A stretch of 11,670 bases of DNA from Octopus sinensis (taxonomy: Eukaryota): positions 1-11,670 of the forward strand of contig NW_021826973.1 in assembly GCF_006345805.1 (NCBI RefSeq), in the 5' to 3' direction. Under the pieces are notes generated by a model. It saw nothing but the letters and a program-made list of their open reading frames with translations, was not told where the DNA came from and did no database searches. Shown piece after piece: positions 8,066-11,670 of this stretch; within the stretch, counting starts at the first letter, position 1, and each line of letters starts with the position of its first letter. Position numbers and translations under genes: made by a program.

Positions 8066-8232
8066 GGTTTTTTGACTATTTATAAATTTTATGTATTGAT
8101 TAAGTCTTTCCTGTTTGTTTTGCAAAATAGTGGTTTGTCTCAAATAATATTTATAATATTTACTATAAATTGGATTAATCCTAAATCTGATTTTTTTCCC
8201 TGTAAATTGGATATATTCCCTTATAGTTATTA

Positions 8233-8244
8233 TTTATAATATAA

Positions 8245-8300
<56 letters not shown>
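8233..8300. repeat. (TA)n microsatellite
   Basis: Direct reading. Confidence 0.9.
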
Positions 8301-8301
<1 letters not shown>

Positions 8302-8411
8302 CTTACTGCCCACAGGGGCTAAACATAGAGGGGACAAACAAGGACAGACAAATAGATTAAGTCCATTACATCGACCCCAGTGCTTAACTGGTACTTATTG
8401 AATCGACCCCG
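8301..8411 (-). mobile_element. 3' fragment of a Meta-domain-like SINE
   Basis: Reverse complement GGGGTCGATTCAATAAGTACCAGTTAAGCACTGGGGTCGATGTAATGGACTT... shares GGGGTCGAT....AAGTACCAG with 6154-6176. Confidence 0.65.
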
Positions 8412-8440
8412 ATTATATATACATTGTATGTGCGTGACAA

Positions 8441-8632
8441 CCCTAGCATTGCTTGACAACCGATGCTGGTGTGTTTATGTCCTCGCAACTTAGCGGTTCG
8501 GCAAAAGAGACCGAGAGAATAAGTACTAGCCTTACAAAGAATAAGTCCTGGGAGTCAATTTGTTCGACTAAAACCCTTCGAGGTGTTGCTCCAGCGCGGC
8601 CGTAGTCAAACGACTGAAACAAATAAAAGAAT
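8441..8632 (+). mobile_element. Family A SINE, 3' half
   Basis: Aligns by eye to 11371-11553 (CCCTAGCATTGCTTG...GTTCGGCAAAAGAGACCGA...GACTGAAACAA.TAAAAGA). Confidence 0.85.
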
Positions 8633-8683
8633 TAAAAAGTGAGAATACACATAGCCATGTTATTTTTTTATTTGATTTTTATA

Positions 8684-8868
8684 TCCTTTACTTGTTTCAG
8701 GTGTTAGAGTGTGGCCATGCTGGGGCACCGTCTGGAAGGGTTTAATAAAATAACGCGAGTATTAATTTATATAGTCAGGAACATATTCTTTCGGTATTTT
8801 GGTCGAACCGCTAAGTCACAAGGGTGTAGATAGGCCAATATCAGTTTTCAGGCGATGGTGAGGGACAA
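8684..8868 (-). mobile_element. Family A SINE, 3' half, older diverged copy
   Basis: TTTACTTGTTTCAG, GGCCATGCTGGGGCACCG and CGAACCGCTAAGT are reverse complements of motifs in the + copies. Followed by the (CA)n linker. Confidence 0.7.
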
Positions 8869-8872
8869 GTAC

Positions 8873-9110
8873 AACCACAAACACACACACACACACACAC
8901 ACACCACACACACATAAACACACATACACATACATATATACACACATACAAACACACACACAAACACACGCACGCACACACACACACACACAAACACACA
9001 CACGTACACACACACATACAAACACACACACGCACACGCACACGTAAAAACACACACACATACACACACATACAAACACACACATGCACACACGCTGATA
9101 CATACACATT
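8873..9110 (+). repeat. (CA)n-rich microsatellite
   Basis: Direct reading. Confidence 0.95.
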
Positions 9111-9130
9111 CAAACGCGCCGCGGAAAAAG

Positions 9131-9274
9131 ATCTTCACAGACTGTTATCTCAACTGTCTGATGAGCGGTCACAAACTGTTTCACGTCACCGCTCATCAGA
9201 CAACTGAGGTCATGCTTTCCTCACAATTGCCTGACGAGCGATTTCGTGAAACTCCGTGCAAAAATTTGTGAAGC
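9131..9274. other. Head-to-head pair of degenerate hammerhead-like units with an internal hairpin
   Basis: Plus strand: CUGACGA GCG AUUU CGU GAAAC (9231-9252) with stem I UUGC/GCAA. Minus strand: CUGAUGA GCG GUGA CGU GAAAC (9199-9178). Hairpin 9149-9208 includes 15 perfect bp. Confidence 0.6.
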
Positions 9275-9382
9275 TTTTTTAAATATATTTCTCTACATTT
9301 GCTATTCGAGCATTATTTTACCCATCATGCTTTGCACTTACCTGCTTAATCATGTTGTTTTGTGTGTGTATATCTTCTATAT

Positions 9383-9557
9383 TCTACTTATTTCAGTCAC
9401 TACACTGCGACCATACTGGGGCACCACTTCGAAGGGTTTTACTCGAAGAAATCAATCCAAGGACATTTTACTTTTTCAAGTCTCGTACTTATTGTATGAG
9501 TCTCTTATACCGAACTCCCAATATTACAGGGACGTAAACACACCAACACTGTCTGTT
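9383..9557 (-). mobile_element. Family A SINE, 3' half, diverged
   Basis: TACTTATTTCAGTCA, CCATACTGGGGCACC, GTACTTATT and GGGACGTAAACACACCAACA are reverse complements of the SINE 3' half. Confidence 0.7.
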
Positions 9558-9619
9558 CCCAACTCTTTCTCACTCGCAGTCTCACTCAGTCTCTCTCTCT
9601 CTCTCTCTCTCTCTGTATA

Positions 9620-9781
9620 AGCACAGGAGTGGCTGTGTGGTAAGTAGCTTCTTATCAACCAAATGGTTCCGGATTCAGTCCCACTGCGTGGCACCTTGGG
9701 AAAGTGTCTTCTACTATAGCTTCGGGTCGACCAAAGCCTTGTGAGTGGATTTGGTAGACGGAAACTGAAAGAAGCCTGTCG
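9620..9781 (+). mobile_element. Family A SINE, 5' half
   Basis: Highly similar to 11154-11316; ends GAAGCCTGTCG followed by TA/TG repeats. Confidence 0.9.
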
Positions 9782-10279
9782 TATATATACATGTATACAT
9801 ATGTGTGTATGTATATAGAAATACATAATAGGCCTAATGGAGATATCGGTTTGGTCGAGAGAGAGAACGAGGGAGAAAGCAAGAGAAACATTAGAACGTT
9901 TGATGTCAGATCATTCAGCGCCGAATCAGCCACGCCAGATAACCAGCGGCAAAACGCACGGCTGTGCCAAAACGTCCCCTTTTTTGTTCAATTTTTGCTC
10001 TCTACGATTTACATCATTTGAAAAAGAAAGCAAAGGAAAATAACTCAAATAGGCTAATGGCATGAATTCCGATGATTCAAGTAGGTGCTGATGTACTAAA
10101 GGATACATGCACAAACCAAAAAAGCAAAAAAAAAGCAAAGAAAAGATGTTAATGAATTCAAATCTACCTTTTTGTTAAACACAAGAAATAGTTCCCTAGC
10201 GGCTAAAAAGGAAAAGGGGAGATAATCGCAAGAAATTGAAAATCAGTTTTCCCTAAAATTAAATGTTGATGCTTTGGGG

Positions 10280-10700
10280 AAAATTCTATTTTTGTTTTGT
10301 GTTTTTTTCTATTATTCATTGTTGATGTTGTTTTTTGTTATTTTGTTACTTTTGTTGTTGTTGCTATTGTTGTTTTTCCTGTTGCTGTTGCTGTACGTGT
10401 TACTATTGCAATTCTTCTTCTTCTTCCTTTTTCCCCTCCTCCCTCTTCCCTTCCTCCCTTTTCTCTTCCTCGCCTACCCTCCCTCCTCCTCCTCCCTTCT
10501 TCTTCTTCTTCTCCTCTTCCTTTTTCTCTTTCTCTCCCTTCTTCCTCCTCCTCCTCCCTCCTCCCTCCTCCCCTCGCCTTCTTCCTCCGCTTCTTCTGTT
10601 TCTTCTCAACTTCCCCTTCCTTTTTCTCTTCCTCCGCCTACCCCGTTCCTCCTCCTCCCCTTCTTCTTCTTCTTCTTCTTTTTCTTCTTCTACTTCTTCT
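10280..10700 (+). repeat. (TTG)n followed by (CTT/CCT)n low-complexity tract
   Basis: Direct reading. Confidence 0.95.
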
Positions 10701-10729
10701 TTCATGTTATTCCATAATCTTTTCCACAA

Positions 10730-10826
10730 CATCTAATCAAGCAAAATGCTGATAAAGACTTCACCATCACCGCGGATCCCAAGAACTGCGCCTGGCGTAG
10801 TGATGTTGTGGTTTGGCATAACGGCG
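10730..10826 (+). other. Candidate coding exon (unidentified product)
   Basis: Open, high-complexity frame HLIKQNADKDFTITADPKNCAWRSDVVVWHNG after a pyrimidine tract. The acceptor is imperfect (CCACAA at 10724-29, or AAG at 10739-41). Possible donors at 10827, 10853 or 10870. Confidence 0.2.
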
Positions 10827-10989
10827 GTTGGCGGGGTGTGTTACATGGCGAGGTGTGTGACATGGCAAGGTGGGTGTTATGAAATGGTGGGGTGGAGTGA
10901 GGTGGTGCGGTGTTGCATAGTAGAACACATAATATAGATACAATATATACATTTTTTGTTATTAAGATTACTAACATGTTTTAAATTAA

Positions 10990-11064
10990 TTACATATATA
11001 AGTACACACACACATATATATGGACATGTAGGTAGATAAGTATATATGTGCATGTATCTGTATG

Positions 11065-11111
<47 letters not shown>

Positions 11112-11153
11112 GATATATATTTATATAATAATATATATATATATATATATATA
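10990..11153. repeat. (TA)n-rich microsatellite
   Basis: Direct reading. Confidence 0.9.
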
Positions 11154-11553
11154 GGCGCAGGAGTGGCTGTGTGGTAAGTAGCTTGCTAACCAACCACATG
11201 GTTCCGGGTTCAGTCCCACTGCGTGGCATCTTGGGCATGGGCCTTCTGCTATAGCCCCGGGCCGACCAATGCCTTGTAAGTGGATTTGATAGACGGAAAC
11301 TGAAAGAAGCCTGTCGTATATATGTATATATATATATGTGTGTGTGTGTGTTTGTATGTCTGTGTTTGTCCCCCTAGCATTGCTTGGCAACTGATGCTGG
11401 TGTGTTTATGTCCCTGTCACTTAGAAGTTCGGCAAAAGAGACCGATAGAATAAGTACTGGGCTTACAAAGAATAAGTCCAGGGGTCGATTTGTTCGACTA
11501 AAGGCGGTGCTCCAGCATGGCCGCAGTCAAATGACTGAAACAAGTAAAAGAAT
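11154..11553 (+). mobile_element. Full-length family A tRNA-derived SINE (head + CORE-like segment + (TA)n(TG)n linker + 3' half)
   Basis: A box TGGCTGTGTGG 11164-74; B box GGTTCAGTCCC 11207-17; linker ~11317-11365; ends GAAACAAGTAAAAGAAT. Both halves recur elsewhere in the window. Confidence 0.9.
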
Positions 11554-11670
11554 ATTTGCACACGTACAGTTGAAACACTCCTGTCACAACCTGGGACCTT
11601 GAAGACTGCTTTATACTAGTCCCTTAATATTTGATATTCAATATTTCATCTATTCAATAAGACAATCAAC

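Larger units (their letters stand above)
7844..8148. repeat. ~305-bp near-perfect palindrome (153/151-bp arms, 1-nt centre G7997); putative Penelope-like/retrozyme-type remnant
   Basis: The arms differ only by 7-8 single-base changes, essentially homopolymer-length indels. Each arm contains a hammerhead fold. Flanked by AT-rich/(TA)n sequence. Confidence 0.95.

Noticed and set aside
10802-10828. DVVVWHNGG as a copper amine oxidase or serine carboxypeptidase motif
   Set aside because: The flanking residues do not fit either family.
11154-11225. tRNA genes at SINE heads (also 7750-7823, 9620-9690)
   Set aside because: A/B boxes only; they continue into SINE bodies, and I could not form a cloverleaf with an acceptor stem.

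Overview
Repeat-dominated eukaryotic DNA, probably intronic or intergenic. It is most likely Octopus/cephalopod, inferred from tRNA-derived SINE families recognised from memory. No complete protein-coding gene is supportable, and almost all listed ORFs are by-products of simple repeats. Contents: a rearranged mariner transposase fossil (940-1374), a ~223-bp tandem array (1469-2340), very long CT-, GAT-, GAA-, CTA- and CA-rich simple repeats, and about nine pieces of at least three SINE families. The most notable structure is a ~305-bp near-perfect palindrome (7844-8148) carrying a minimal type I hammerhead ribozyme on each strand. A second, degenerate inverted pair of related hammerhead cores lies at 9131-9274. 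Both resemble Penelope-like-element or retrozyme hammerheads. Two small high-complexity islands (3803-3857, ~10730-10826) could be phase-compatible exons of a host gene, but this is weak.
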